NCBI GenBank assembly: GCA_965248925.1 | Contig: CBDFLE010000006.1 | Coordinates: 2,880,001 to 2,944,000, forward strand | DNA: 64,000 nt | Direction of reading: 5' to 3' | From: Candidatus Multivoradales bacterium | GTDB taxonomy: Bacteria; Acidobacteriota; Thermoanaerobaculia; Multivoradales; J023 | Shown here: positions 31,750 to 40,476 of the stretch, piece after piece | How positions within the stretch are numbered: the first letter of the stretch is position 1 | Layout of the letters: every line of letters begins with the position of its first letter | Position numbers and translations under genes: made by a program | Notes under the pieces: generated by a model | The model's input: the letters and a program-made list of their open reading frames with translations, nothing else | What the model was told of the DNA's origin: nothing | The model's database searches: none

Positions 31750-32510
31750 GACACCTTCGCCTTTCGCCGCCGCGCGCGGTCTTGTGCTCGCCGTTTCTTT
31801 TCCTCTTCTGCTTCTTTGCGCCGATAGGAGTCGCCTTCGATGGTGACGATCTCGGCGTGATGTACGAGCCGATCGACAAGGGTGACCACGCAGGTGGCCG
31901 AGGCGAAGACGCTCTGCCACTCGGAGAAGGGTTTGTTGGTGGTCAGCAGAATAGATTTCTTCTGATACCTCCGGCTTACCACCTCGAAGAGGAGGTCGGC
32001 GTGGCGATGGTCGTAGGACAGGTAGCCTAGCTCGTCAATGGCCAGCAGATCGGGCCGGGTGTAGAGGGCCAGGCGCCGCTGCAGAGCCCTGGAACTCTCT
32101 TGTGCCGCGAGGTCGTTGAGCAGTTCGCTGGCGGTGAGCATGCGTCCGGTGGCGCCACGCAACAAGGCCTGGTAGGTGAGATTCTGAACGATCATCGACT
32201 TGCCGACGCCGTTGGGACCGAAGAGGATGACGTTGGCTCCTTCTTCGAGCCATTGGAAGTTGAAGAGGTCTTCCACCATCAGGCGATCGATCTTTCGTGG
32301 CCACTTGTAGTCGAAGTCGGCCATCGGCTTGAAGGTGCCGATGTGTGCGTTGCGGATTCGCCTCTCGAGGCTCCTCTGGTGTCGCACTATCTCCTCTCGG
32401 TCGATCAAAGGCAGCACCCAAGGCTGGTTCTGAAGTTGACTCCAATCTTCGACCAGACCGTGCAGCCCGAGCTTCTTGGCCCGGATGAGCAGATCTTCAG
32501 TCGTCGTCAT
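31746..32510 (-). CDS. istB: IS21 helper AAA+ ATPase IstB
   Basis: GPNGVGKS Walker A, LLAIDELGY Walker B, TTNKPFSEW, DRLVHH. Confidence 0.97.
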   Translation of the reverse strand: MTTTEDLLIRAKKLGLHGLVEDWSQLQNQPWVLPLIDREEIVRHQRSLERRIRNAHIGTFKPMADFDYKWPRKIDRLMVEDLFNFQWLEEGANVILFGPNGVGKSMIVQNLTYQALLRGATGRMLTASELLNDLAAQESSRALQRRLALYTRPDLLAIDELGYLSYDHRHADLLFEVVSRRYQKKSILLTTNKPFSEWQSVFASATCVVTLVDRLVHHAEIVTIEGDSYRRKEAEEEKKRRAQDRARRRKAKVS

Positions 32511-33996
32511 GAGGATCCTCCTGGCGGCTGAGACGGTCGTAGTCGTTGAGATCATGAGGGCGCACGTCGAGATCCCGGATTCTGGGATCTTTGGGTAGGC
32601 GGAGAGGAAGCATCGGCGTGGCCTGACGCTCGCGCTCACGGCGCTCGAGCACCAGGCGAACGGCCTGGACGTCGCAGGAGTGGTTGCCGAGCGCCTCTTC
32701 GACGGCCGAGGTGAGAGCCTCGGTGCCGTAGTGGTCGAGCAAACGCAGGAGTGCTGCGGTAGCGGTTCCCAGAGGCAGCCCTCTCTCGGCGAGTCGCTGC
32801 AACAGCGCCTCGCACCTTGGAGCCGCGCGCCTGAGACGATCGAGCCCCCGATGTTTCTTCGCCCGGTGTTTGTGATCGACAAGCTCCTGGATATGCTCGG
32901 GGTTCTCGATCTGCTGGCTGCGATCGAAGGATCTGGGATGGCACGCCACGACCTTGTGACCGTCGAAGATGCGTACCTCTAAGAGGCTGGCGCGCACCGT
33001 CAGAGTGCGGCGCACCCGATCGAACGGCACCGAGTAATCGTTGCGATCAAAGCGTGCATACGGCGTCTTGCCAATGTGAGCCTCGCCGCGCTCCTCGGTC
33101 CGAAACGGCTCGGTGGGCAGCTCGATCAGGTAGGACCTCTCGTCCTCGAAGGCTTCGCTGACCGTTCTGCTGGGGTCCTGATGCCATTTCCGACGATCTG
33201 CCCAGCCCTCACACCATGCCTCGGCTTGACGATTCAAATCGTCGAGATCCTTGAACTCCCGACCGGCGAAGAACGAAGTTCGGATATAGCGAATGGCGCG
33301 CTCTACACGTCCTTTCTCGTTGCCCCGAGCGATCGCTACTGGCCGTGGCTCGAATCGGTAGTGGCCGGCAAATTCCTGGAACTTGGGGTTGTAGCGAATC
33401 GCCTCGCCCCGGCGTTCGAGCACCACACTTTTCAGATTGTCGTAGAGCAAGATCTTGAAGACACCTTGCCATCTCTCGAAGGTGGCCACATGACCGCGCA
33501 GAAAATTCTCCATCCGCGCGTTGAGGAAGAACCGGAGGAAGATCCGACGCGAGTAGCTCGCTACCAGAACGAAGCCCATCAGGCTGTGCTCCGCGCCTCC
33601 CACCTTGATAGAGCCGAAATGGCCCCAATCCACTTGCCCTTGCTCGCCAGCCAAGGTGGTCAGGCGCAGGTAAGCCTCAGCCTTGCGACGAGGTCTTATT
33701 CGAGCCACCAGGTGACGGAAATGATCCTCACCTCCTGAGTAGCCGCGCTCCTTGACCATCTGGTAGAGCCGACTCGCCGGGAGGCTCGGGAACTTCTCCA
33801 AGGTCTGGTGCATGAAGGGCTGGTAAGGATCAACTATCGAGCTGCGGGTCGAAATCGCCGTCGGCGCCCCGGCATCCCGCAGGGCTCGCTGCACCGTCTC
33901 GTAGTGAACTCCGAGCTGCCGGCTGATCGTGCCCGGCCGCCATTTCTCCACGAAGTGGTAGCGCAGGATCTCCTGTTTCTTCTCTTCTGAAATCAT
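32497..33996 (-). CDS. istA: IS21 DDE transposase IstA
   Basis: N-terminal HTH, GEQGQVDWG, YDNLKS, EKGRVER, NDYSVP. Confidence 0.97.
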   Translation of the reverse strand: MISEEKKQEILRYHFVEKWRPGTISRQLGVHYETVQRALRDAGAPTAISTRSSIVDPYQPFMHQTLEKFPSLPASRLYQMVKERGYSGGEDHFRHLVARIRPRRKAEAYLRLTTLAGEQGQVDWGHFGSIKVGGAEHSLMGFVLVASYSRRIFLRFFLNARMENFLRGHVATFERWQGVFKILLYDNLKSVVLERRGEAIRYNPKFQEFAGHYRFEPRPVAIARGNEKGRVERAIRYIRTSFFAGREFKDLDDLNRQAEAWCEGWADRRKWHQDPSRTVSEAFEDERSYLIELPTEPFRTEERGEAHIGKTPYARFDRNDYSVPFDRVRRTLTVRASLLEVRIFDGHKVVACHPRSFDRSQQIENPEHIQELVDHKHRAKKHRGLDRLRRAAPRCEALLQRLAERGLPLGTATAALLRLLDHYGTEALTSAVEEALGNHSCDVQAVRLVLERRERERQATPMLPLRLPKDPRIRDLDVRPHDLNDYDRLSRQEDPHDDD

Positions 33997-34415
33997 CTTC
34001 GATCTCTCCGTTTGCGCCGCCGTCGTCGTCTGAGGGGATCCAGACGGACGAATGGACGGCAGAGAACGCCACAGAAGCAGCATCGCGGCTCGCCGAGCGG
34101 GGCAAGGCGGTCCTTGGACCCACTCGGGGGTGGCGTAGTGAGGATGACTGGGGGCTCTGGGGGTGGGGTACCCTGATGCGTTACTTTCTGCGCTTCGGCC
34201 TGCTGGCGCTGACGCCATCGGGCCTGCCGCTCGGCCTGATTTCGGCGACCTTGAGGGGTCTGGCAGTAGCGCCAACCAGCAGCTCGCAAGGACTCGCGGC
34301 GGGCGGCGCTGGAGCACTCCTGGCCACAGTAAATCTGCCCCCGGTCACAGTGCGAGCAGATCTCGACCGAGGCTCGACACCCAGCACAGAAATACCACCG
34401 GTAGTCCTCGCGCAC
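33993..34415 (-). CDS. IS21-associated Cys-rich (zinc-finger-like) protein
   Basis: CAGC..ICSHCDRGQIYCGQEC and CCFC; its stop overlaps the istA ATG. Confidence 0.75.
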   Translation of the reverse strand: MREDYRWYFCAGCRASVEICSHCDRGQIYCGQECSSAARRESLRAAGWRYCQTPQGRRNQAERQARWRQRQQAEAQKVTHQGTPPPEPPVILTTPPPSGSKDRLAPLGEPRCCFCGVLCRPFVRLDPLRRRRRRKRRDRR

Positions 34416-34688
34416 CGTCTCCAGCTGGACAGAGGGTAGACGAGACGATGATTTCCGAAGATACTTAGCGCGAGCCGGCCTATCGGTCGCGCTTCTTGGG
34501 GAGGTCCAGGGGTTTCGACCGCCTAGTCAAATTGCCCCTGGACCTTCGTCTCTTCCGTCCACAGCCCTATTCTGCAAGATCACGGACCCGCCTGCGGCGG
34601 GGATGATGATTCCGTTGGGCGGGATCTAGAGAATGGTGCTGGTCTGCGCTCTACACCAACTACGTACGCTTTCCCGTAGCCGCTAACA

Positions 34689-34756
34689 TTTGGACGGGTC
34701 CACAGCGTTTGGACGGGTCCACAGCGTTTGGACGGGTCCACGGCGTTTGGACGGGT
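34689..34756 (+). repeat. 19-bp tandem repeat array, right part
   Basis: TTTGGACGGGTCCACAGCG continues in register after the IS. Confidence 0.92.
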
Positions 34757-35132
34757 TGTCGAGGCTCAACGCCGCCTTGTAGGTTCTCTAGGCCGGCCGG
34801 AGCCCTTGTGGGGTCCCGGTCTTCAACCAGAGTGAAATCGAAAAGGGAGGTGTGGCAGGAGCAATCGCTAGAAACAGAAACGGCCGGCGAAAGCCGGCCA
34901 TCTCAAGAACCGCCCAAGCTGGAAACAGCGTCAAAAACTCTCCAACTGGGGCACCCTGGAAGCACGCTAGTTGCGCGCCGTTAGGGCTTACTGCGCTTGA
35001 TGATACGGCAAGGCTTCTCGCTTTTCAAGCGTGAAAGGGATCCCGAATGCCTAGAAAGCTGTGGGACCTGGGTCGGCGGGAGCGGTTGCGGCTGCTGTGG
35101 CAGTTGCTCCCGCGGTCTCGCTGATGACGTTT

Positions 35133-35157
35133 GCGGAGGGCGGTCAACGCCCTCCGC
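35133..35157. terminator. Hairpin just past the SIR2-like gene stop
   Basis: GCGGAGGGCG-GTCAA-CGCCCTCCGC perfect 10-bp stem, no clear U-tract. Confidence 0.5.
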
Positions 35158-35160
35158 CTT

Positions 35161-36189
35161 CTACAAGAACGCCGGGATACTCAACGAGTACTGGTCAATG
35201 AATTCACGGCACTTCAGGTCCGCCAATGTGACGGAAGTGTGGCGGCTGCGCAGGTTCTTGAGGTTTTTGCTGATAATTTCGCGGTTCGGGGTTGAGATAC
35301 CGAAGGCAGTTCCGAAGACATTTAAAGAATGAATACCTTCGTAATCAGAGTTTAAGATTTCGAGGTTCTGCATGTGGAAGGCGAACCCAAGGAACACTAC
35401 TGCGTGGGCCTTATCCATGGCCGTCTTGACGCCCTGGATCTCGACGGAGTTGGCGTCAGCCCCCTCGCCAAATGTCTTGATTCTGTCCGCAAGCTGCGGT
35501 AACTCGTTGAAATCAGGTTCAGCGCCGAACTTAATAGGACCGTCTGCGGCCCAGGGTACTGCACCGACGGTGCCGTAAGGGTGGCAGATCTCAATGCCGT
35601 CCACGAAACCAGCTGCCTCAGCCGGAGTAATGTCGTAAAGAGTCTGTAGGGCCAGGTAGAGAAAGATCTCCACGCAACGGTCGTAGTTGAAAATCACAAA
35701 AGCTATTCGTGACAGGCGACTCTTGAGATGGCTCTTCTGACAATTTGCAGTCAGCTGTTGAAAGAACGGCGTAAGCCATACTTCTTTAAGGTGACTGAAG
35801 GATCGACGAGGAATAGCTTTGTAGAGCTCGCTGCCTCTCTCAGATTCGAGGATCTGCTCCACGATGGCTAACTTGCCACATGTCTGGATCGCTAAGTCTT
35901 CTTGGTGCTTGTGTAAATAGTCGTCGATCGAGGACGCCAAGGCCATTGCCTTGATGATCTTGCGGGCACCCTTTAGGAAGAACCGGTACCGGGTTTCCGA
36001 GTTCTTGTGAGGGCTGGATGTGGATAAGAGACAGCGGGCCAGGTCGCTAGGCTGCGAATTGAGGCCCAAGTCTTCCGGGAGGCCCTCGAGCCGGGCGGCG
36101 ATTTTTGATGTCAGATCGTTACCGAGGGGCAAACCCAGTTCGAAGCTTGCCCCTGCACCCACAACAAACACAGTCTTCTGGTCTAACAT
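35161..36189 (-). CDS. SIR2-like domain protein (candidate anti-phage NADase)
   Basis: VFVVGAGAS...GLPLG, IFNYDR, HPYG, VFLGFAF motifs; lower GC than its neighbours. Confidence 0.8.
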   Translation of the reverse strand: MLDQKTVFVVGAGASFELGLPLGNDLTSKIAARLEGLPEDLGLNSQPSDLARCLLSTSSPHKNSETRYRFFLKGARKIIKAMALASSIDDYLHKHQEDLAIQTCGKLAIVEQILESERGSELYKAIPRRSFSHLKEVWLTPFFQQLTANCQKSHLKSRLSRIAFVIFNYDRCVEIFLYLALQTLYDITPAEAAGFVDGIEICHPYGTVGAVPWAADGPIKFGAEPDFNELPQLADRIKTFGEGADANSVEIQGVKTAMDKAHAVVFLGFAFHMQNLEILNSDYEGIHSLNVFGTAFGISTPNREIISKNLKNLRSRHTSVTLADLKCREFIDQYSLSIPAFL

Positions 36190-37374
36190 CTACTCCCCAC
36201 CCCCCAAAATCCGATCCACCTTCTCCGCCACTTCCCTTAGCCGATCAATCGGCAGATGCCCCCGCGTATACGTCGGCACCAAATCCGTCGAAGCGTGCCC
36301 CAGCTGCATGGCAATGTCGTCGGCCGTAACCCCCGCATTCCGCAGCCACCGCGCCACCAGGTTCCTGGCCACGCCCATGTACTCGATCGGCGGCTCGATG
36401 CCGACGGCCTGGCTGGCTTTGTAGAAGCGCCGGCGCAGGGTCTGCTGGGTGCAGGGGCGGCCGCTCAGGTGGAAGACCAGGCCTTTGACGTGGCGCATGC
36501 GCCCTGGGCTGCAGAGCCAGGCGCGTAGGTGGTGCTCTAGCCGCTGGCCGATGCCGACAGCGTGGGGGCGGTCGGTCTTCAGCATCTGCAGGCGGATGAG
36601 GCCGGCGTCGAAGTCGATGTCTTGCTCGCGCAGGGCGAAGACGTCGCCGGGACGCAGGCCGGTGGTGATCTGCACTTCGGCGACGGTGCGCTCGAGGGTG
36701 CCTTCGGGCATCTGCTCGAGCATGGCCAGCATTTGCTCGGGCTCGAGGCCGGGCCGCTTGGGCTTGCCGCGGGTGGGCAGGTGGGCCGGGATCCGCCACT
36801 CGGGGTGCAGGGCCTTCCAGGCGTACAGCCGGCGCAGGAAGGCGAGGTCTTTGCGCGCGATGACCGGGCCAGCGGTGCGCCGGCCTTTGCCGAGCTTGTG
36901 GCTGGTGCGCCAGCCGACGTAGGCGCTGATCTTGGAGGGGTCGAGCTCGTCGGGCCGCAGGGTGGGCTGCTTGAGGCCCTTCAAGATCCAGGCGTGCCAG
37001 CCGGCGGCGCGCTCGTGGTAGTAGGTGTAGGTGCTGTCGGCCAGGGTGCCTTGCATGACCCGCTTTTCGCAGTCGCGCAGGTACTCGTCGATCAGCTCGA
37101 GCACGGTGGGGATGCGCTTGCGAGGGCGGCCCAGGCCGTCGCGGAGCAGGGTGTCTTTGAGCTTGGCGCGGCGCTGGTACTCGATGGCGGTTTCGCGGTC
37201 GCGGAAGCGCCGCTGGAGCTTGGTGTCGCCGACCTTGACCCGCACGCGGTAGCGGCCGGCGTGGTCGATCGAGACGCCCTTGGGCAGGCCATCGGTGCGC
37301 TTGGCGAGCTTGGCCTTGAGCCGCTCGTTTTCGGCGCGGAGGCGGTCGACTTCGGCTTGGAGGTCTTTGGCCAT
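36190..37374 (-). CDS. Phage tyrosine integrase
   Basis: N-terminal arm-binding-like region (RYRVRV), TGLR, MLKT, GVAR (HxxR variant), LGH, PTY. Confidence 0.9.
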   Translation of the reverse strand: MAKDLQAEVDRLRAENERLKAKLAKRTDGLPKGVSIDHAGRYRVRVKVGDTKLQRRFRDRETAIEYQRRAKLKDTLLRDGLGRPRKRIPTVLELIDEYLRDCEKRVMQGTLADSTYTYYHERAAGWHAWILKGLKQPTLRPDELDPSKISAYVGWRTSHKLGKGRRTAGPVIARKDLAFLRRLYAWKALHPEWRIPAHLPTRGKPKRPGLEPEQMLAMLEQMPEGTLERTVAEVQITTGLRPGDVFALREQDIDFDAGLIRLQMLKTDRPHAVGIGQRLEHHLRAWLCSPGRMRHVKGLVFHLSGRPCTQQTLRRRFYKASQAVGIEPPIEYMGVARNLVARWLRNAGVTADDIAMQLGHASTDLVPTYTRGHLPIDRLREVAEKVDRILGGGE

Positions 37375-37413
37375 GTTTACCCCTCTACCTGCTCTGTTTG
37401 CCGCAGTCGGGCA

Positions 37414-38508
37414 CTAGAGTTCTCCCATGTCGCCGAGGCTCGGATTCTTTGCAAGCTCTGCAAGCTCTTTCAGGGTATATATGAGCCCAAAGCCGTCTTC
37501 GGTCCACCCTAGAATAATGGTCCAGTCACCCTGATCCCATTTGACGGAGAGCCTCGCCATGCCGATCTCGACCGATATTGCTGTCTGTGCAGCATCGCCC
37601 TTAGCAAAGGCCGGTACGCGAGTTTCGCTATCGTCGCCCAACCCATATAGCTCCTCAAGCTCTGCGTTGATCTCTAGGAACCGAGGCAGCGTGGTCGTTT
37701 TGTGATAGCGAGATACGACAGCCACTCGGCCGGCAACTGTGTCAACAATCTCATTCCTCTCTGTCCAGACGTACTTCCCGTCCTTGATGGCATCTTGGCC
37801 CTTCAGCGTGCTGATGTTTGCGCCAAGACAGTACCGCCCAAAGACCCTCTTGGTGTTGCAGGAATCCGCGGCCACTGTGGGTGGCGCGGCGGCCTGGGCC
37901 ACCTGTTGCGGTTCGCCGGCTATCAGAGCAGGAGTGGATGTCGCGTCTGATCCTGCCGCGACTCCACTGAGCCCGTACTTTGCGCTGAGCAGCCGCATTC
38001 GGAGCATCGCGATCGAAAGCTCGCTGGTGGCGACATTGGTTAGCTTGAGAGTCCGGACCAAGCCGCCAGCGGTCTCGGCGCCGGCGCGGCTTACCCGCAG
38101 CTCGATGTTCTCAGCGTCGATTTCTTGCTGGATCTCGTGGACCCGTTCTTCGTCGACCGGCTCGATCTCGACTGTCTCAGAGATCCGGGCGCCTGTCTCG
38201 ATGGCCAGGATTCTCTGCTCGAGCATGGCCAGGATACTGCGCTCGGTCTCGAGCCGAATGCTGGATATCTGACCTAGCAGTCTGGCCGCCGTGCTCAAGG
38301 TAGCCTCGGTTTCGGCTATTGACGCTGCATATTGGTCGGCTTCCTCGCGCAAGGCTGAAACTTGCGCCTCCTCTGCTTCGCTCAGGGTGCGCTGGCGCGG
38401 TTGTCGCCCCAACAAGTAGCCGCCCAGCAAAGCACCCAGCACCAGCAGAAGGACCAGCGCCCAGCCGGGCCGCGAGTTTCGCGCCACGGCGAAGCCTTGT
38501 GTGCTCAT
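37414..38508 (-). CDS. Membrane-anchored hypothetical protein in the immunity region
   Basis: Single N-terminal TM, duplicated helical segment (AMLEQRIL / AMLRMRLL), C-terminal alpha/beta domain. Confidence 0.7.
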   Translation of the reverse strand: MSTQGFAVARNSRPGWALVLLLVLGALLGGYLLGRQPRQRTLSEAEEAQVSALREEADQYAASIAETEATLSTAARLLGQISSIRLETERSILAMLEQRILAIETGARISETVEIEPVDEERVHEIQQEIDAENIELRVSRAGAETAGGLVRTLKLTNVATSELSIAMLRMRLLSAKYGLSGVAAGSDATSTPALIAGEPQQVAQAAAPPTVAADSCNTKRVFGRYCLGANISTLKGQDAIKDGKYVWTERNEIVDTVAGRVAVVSRYHKTTTLPRFLEINAELEELYGLGDDSETRVPAFAKGDAAQTAISVEIGMARLSVKWDQGDWTIILGWTEDGFGLIYTLKELAELAKNPSLGDMGEL

Positions 38509-38617
38509 CAGTGGAACTCCACTACGGGTTGAATGCCGCGGAGGTACTTGCTCGAGGGAGCCTCGAGCTCGCGGAGGCGCTTGCGTAGGCGGTAGACGTC
38601 AGCCTGCAGCTCTTTCC

Positions 38618-38842
38618 TCACTTATACCTCGCCATGTGCGCCATGCCTCCGAAGAGGAGGCCCAGAACGAACAAGACGGCACCGGTGATCAGGCTGACGC
38701 TGACGATCATGTAGACGCCGCCGAAGATGAACAGCATGGCGACCAGCGCGGCCATCGATCCAGCCAGCGTCAGCTGGCCGCCCCGGCTCTTTTTTGGCTT
38801 GCGCTCGCCCTGGGCACCCGGAGGCCGGTAGGCGTTTGGCAA
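38618..38842 (-). CDS. Small two-TM membrane protein
   Basis: 74 aa with two hydrophobic helices; overlaps an alternative ORF starting at 38960. Confidence 0.5.
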   Translation of the reverse strand: MPNAYRPPGAQGERKPKKSRGGQLTLAGSMAALVAMLFIFGGVYMIVSVSLITGAVLFVLGLLFGGMAHMARYK

Positions 38843-39155
38843 GCTGCTCTCGGTTGCTGGCCTCGGACGGGAGCACCAGCTCGATAGTCGTGTTGGTGGT
38901 CGCTAGCTGCTCGGTGAGGCGGGTGACGATACTTGCTGCCTCTTCGCGCTTCAATTTCATGCGATCTCCCTGATTTTCTCTTCTGCCAGCAACATCGACT
39001 AACAAAATCTGTGCTGCGCCCCAACCTTTCGACTTAAGTTGGGGTCTTCTGAAAATGTGCGCCTCTTTAGGCTCTTCGAACGGCTCGGAGAGTACCGAGG
39101 GGCCGAAAGGAGCTTCTATGTCTCTTCGCTCTGGACCAATTATCGAGCCAATTGG

Positions 39156-40010
39156 CTAACTGGCCAGGATTATTTCCAGCCTCTCTATCAAGGTCGCCGC
39201 TGTAGGCACTGCTGGCACTCGGATCAGCATTGCCTCGGCTGCGACCCGCTTAGCCTTTTCTCGACGCCCGGCTCCCATGTGAGCCTGCGCCAAATCGGCA
39301 CTGATCATCAGTTTCTCTAGAGGGCCGCTGTGCCCATCTAGGGCGATCTGCAGGTGACTAAGGGCAAGGTCTTGGTCCGTTTCCAGGTAAATCCCAGCAA
39401 CGGACCAATGAATTTTTGACGCCAGGCGCGATCCGATTGGGCAAAGTTCTAGAGCCGCATCGAGATGCTGTAGCGCCGCTTCCTTTGAAGTACAATGCTC
39501 TGCTAGCAGCTGTCTTGCCGTGGCAATCTCGACCCAATCATCTTCTCCGAACAGGCTGAGGGCTGCTCGGATTTGCTCGGTGGGATCCTTGCATTGCAAC
39601 CAGCGGATGTGCCCCATCGCCAAAAAAGTCTGGGCAACACCTTTGGGCATTGCGAGTTCCATGTAGAGCTGTCCGGCAACGACAGCCAGCGCGAACGCAT
39701 CGTCCAGCTGCCCAGCATCCTTAGTGAGATAGGCCCCACGCAGGCAAACCGATGCCCTTAGTTCATCGTCCTCGTAATCCCTCGCAACAGCTCCTGCTTC
39801 TTTGAGTAGAGCCTCTGATTCGATCAGATTGTCGCCAACACGCGCCGCATTTCCCAGCACCGCCAAGAGCCATCCTGAGCTGAGACCCTCGGCCTCGATC
39901 AGACAATTCTGACACGCCGCGCAGGCGGCTCTGGGATCTACGTACGTTAGGCGATCGAGAGATGCTATACGGTCGCGGAATTCTGATTCTCGAGCTGCCT
40001 GTCTCATCAC
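39156..40010 (-). CDS. TPR-like helical protein coupled to the repressor
   Basis: LGNAARVGDNLIESEALLKEA-type helical repeats; start overlaps the repressor stop. Confidence 0.7.
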   Translation of the reverse strand: MMRQAARESEFRDRIASLDRLTYVDPRAACAACQNCLIEAEGLSSGWLLAVLGNAARVGDNLIESEALLKEAGAVARDYEDDELRASVCLRGAYLTKDAGQLDDAFALAVVAGQLYMELAMPKGVAQTFLAMGHIRWLQCKDPTEQIRAALSLFGEDDWVEIATARQLLAEHCTSKEAALQHLDAALELCPIGSRLASKIHWSVAGIYLETDQDLALSHLQIALDGHSGPLEKLMISADLAQAHMGAGRREKAKRVAAEAMLIRVPAVPTAATLIERLEIILAS

Positions 40011-40342
40011 TCCCCACCTTTGTCTACCTTCACTCGCTCCAGCAACGTATCTGCGAGCTGTTGCACAAAATCTCTCGTAGACGCCCCCGTCAAGACAATT
40101 TGATGGCTGCTTCCCGGGGTTTCCTGTCCGTTCACCTCATCAAGTCGCCTGGCAAGGTCATGCGCGTTGGCTTTCATGGCCCCTAGGTAAGCGGAAACCC
40201 TATGGCAGCCAGTCCTGTTGCTGTTCTCGATCCGAGAAACGCTGCCCGCGGTCCACTTGAGCATCGCTTCCAGTTCGCTCTGCTTGTATCCCGCGTCTAG
40301 GCGCATTCGCCTCAGCGCTTCGCCAATGTTCGAGAGGGGCAT
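40007..40342 (-). CDS. XRE-family HTH repressor (CI-like)
   Basis: IGEALRRMRLDAGYKQSELEAML...VSRIEN; divergent from a Cro-like gene. Confidence 0.85.
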   Translation of the reverse strand: MPLSNIGEALRRMRLDAGYKQSELEAMLKWTAGSVSRIENSNRTGCHRVSAYLGAMKANAHDLARRLDEVNGQETPGSSHQIVLTGASTRDFVQQLADTLLERVKVDKGGE

Positions 40343-40476
40343 AGGAGAAGCCTATAGGCGGATTGTGCAATTTGTCAATTGACACCACTCATTCTGTGGT
40401 GTCACGAATTGTTTATTCCGCATATATGACGAATGACTATTGACAAAAAGCAAATTAATTGGCTATTCTCCAATTC
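40343..40476. promoter_or_regulatory. Divergent promoter/operator region of the lysis-lysogeny switch
   Basis: Leftward TTGACA-18-TAGGCT; rightward TTGACA(40440)-18-TATTCT; palindromes TGTCAATTGACA and TGACACCAC-N7-GTGGTGTCA. Confidence 0.8.

Larger units (their letters stand above)
31383..34688 (-). mobile_element. Complete IS21-family element with four ORFs
   Basis: Terminal IRs TGTTAGCGGCT...GGTGTA (~37 bp, imperfect), TG..CA ends, 5-bp TTTGG duplication at 31378-31382 and 34689-34693; istA and istB. Confidence 0.96.

Noticed and set aside
31328-34756. CRISPR array
   Set aside because: The 19-bp units are contiguous with no unique spacers, and no cas genes are present.
36562-37512. Long antisense ORFs, here and over many host genes
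   Set aside because: Shadow frames caused by high GC at third codon positions; no recognisable motifs.
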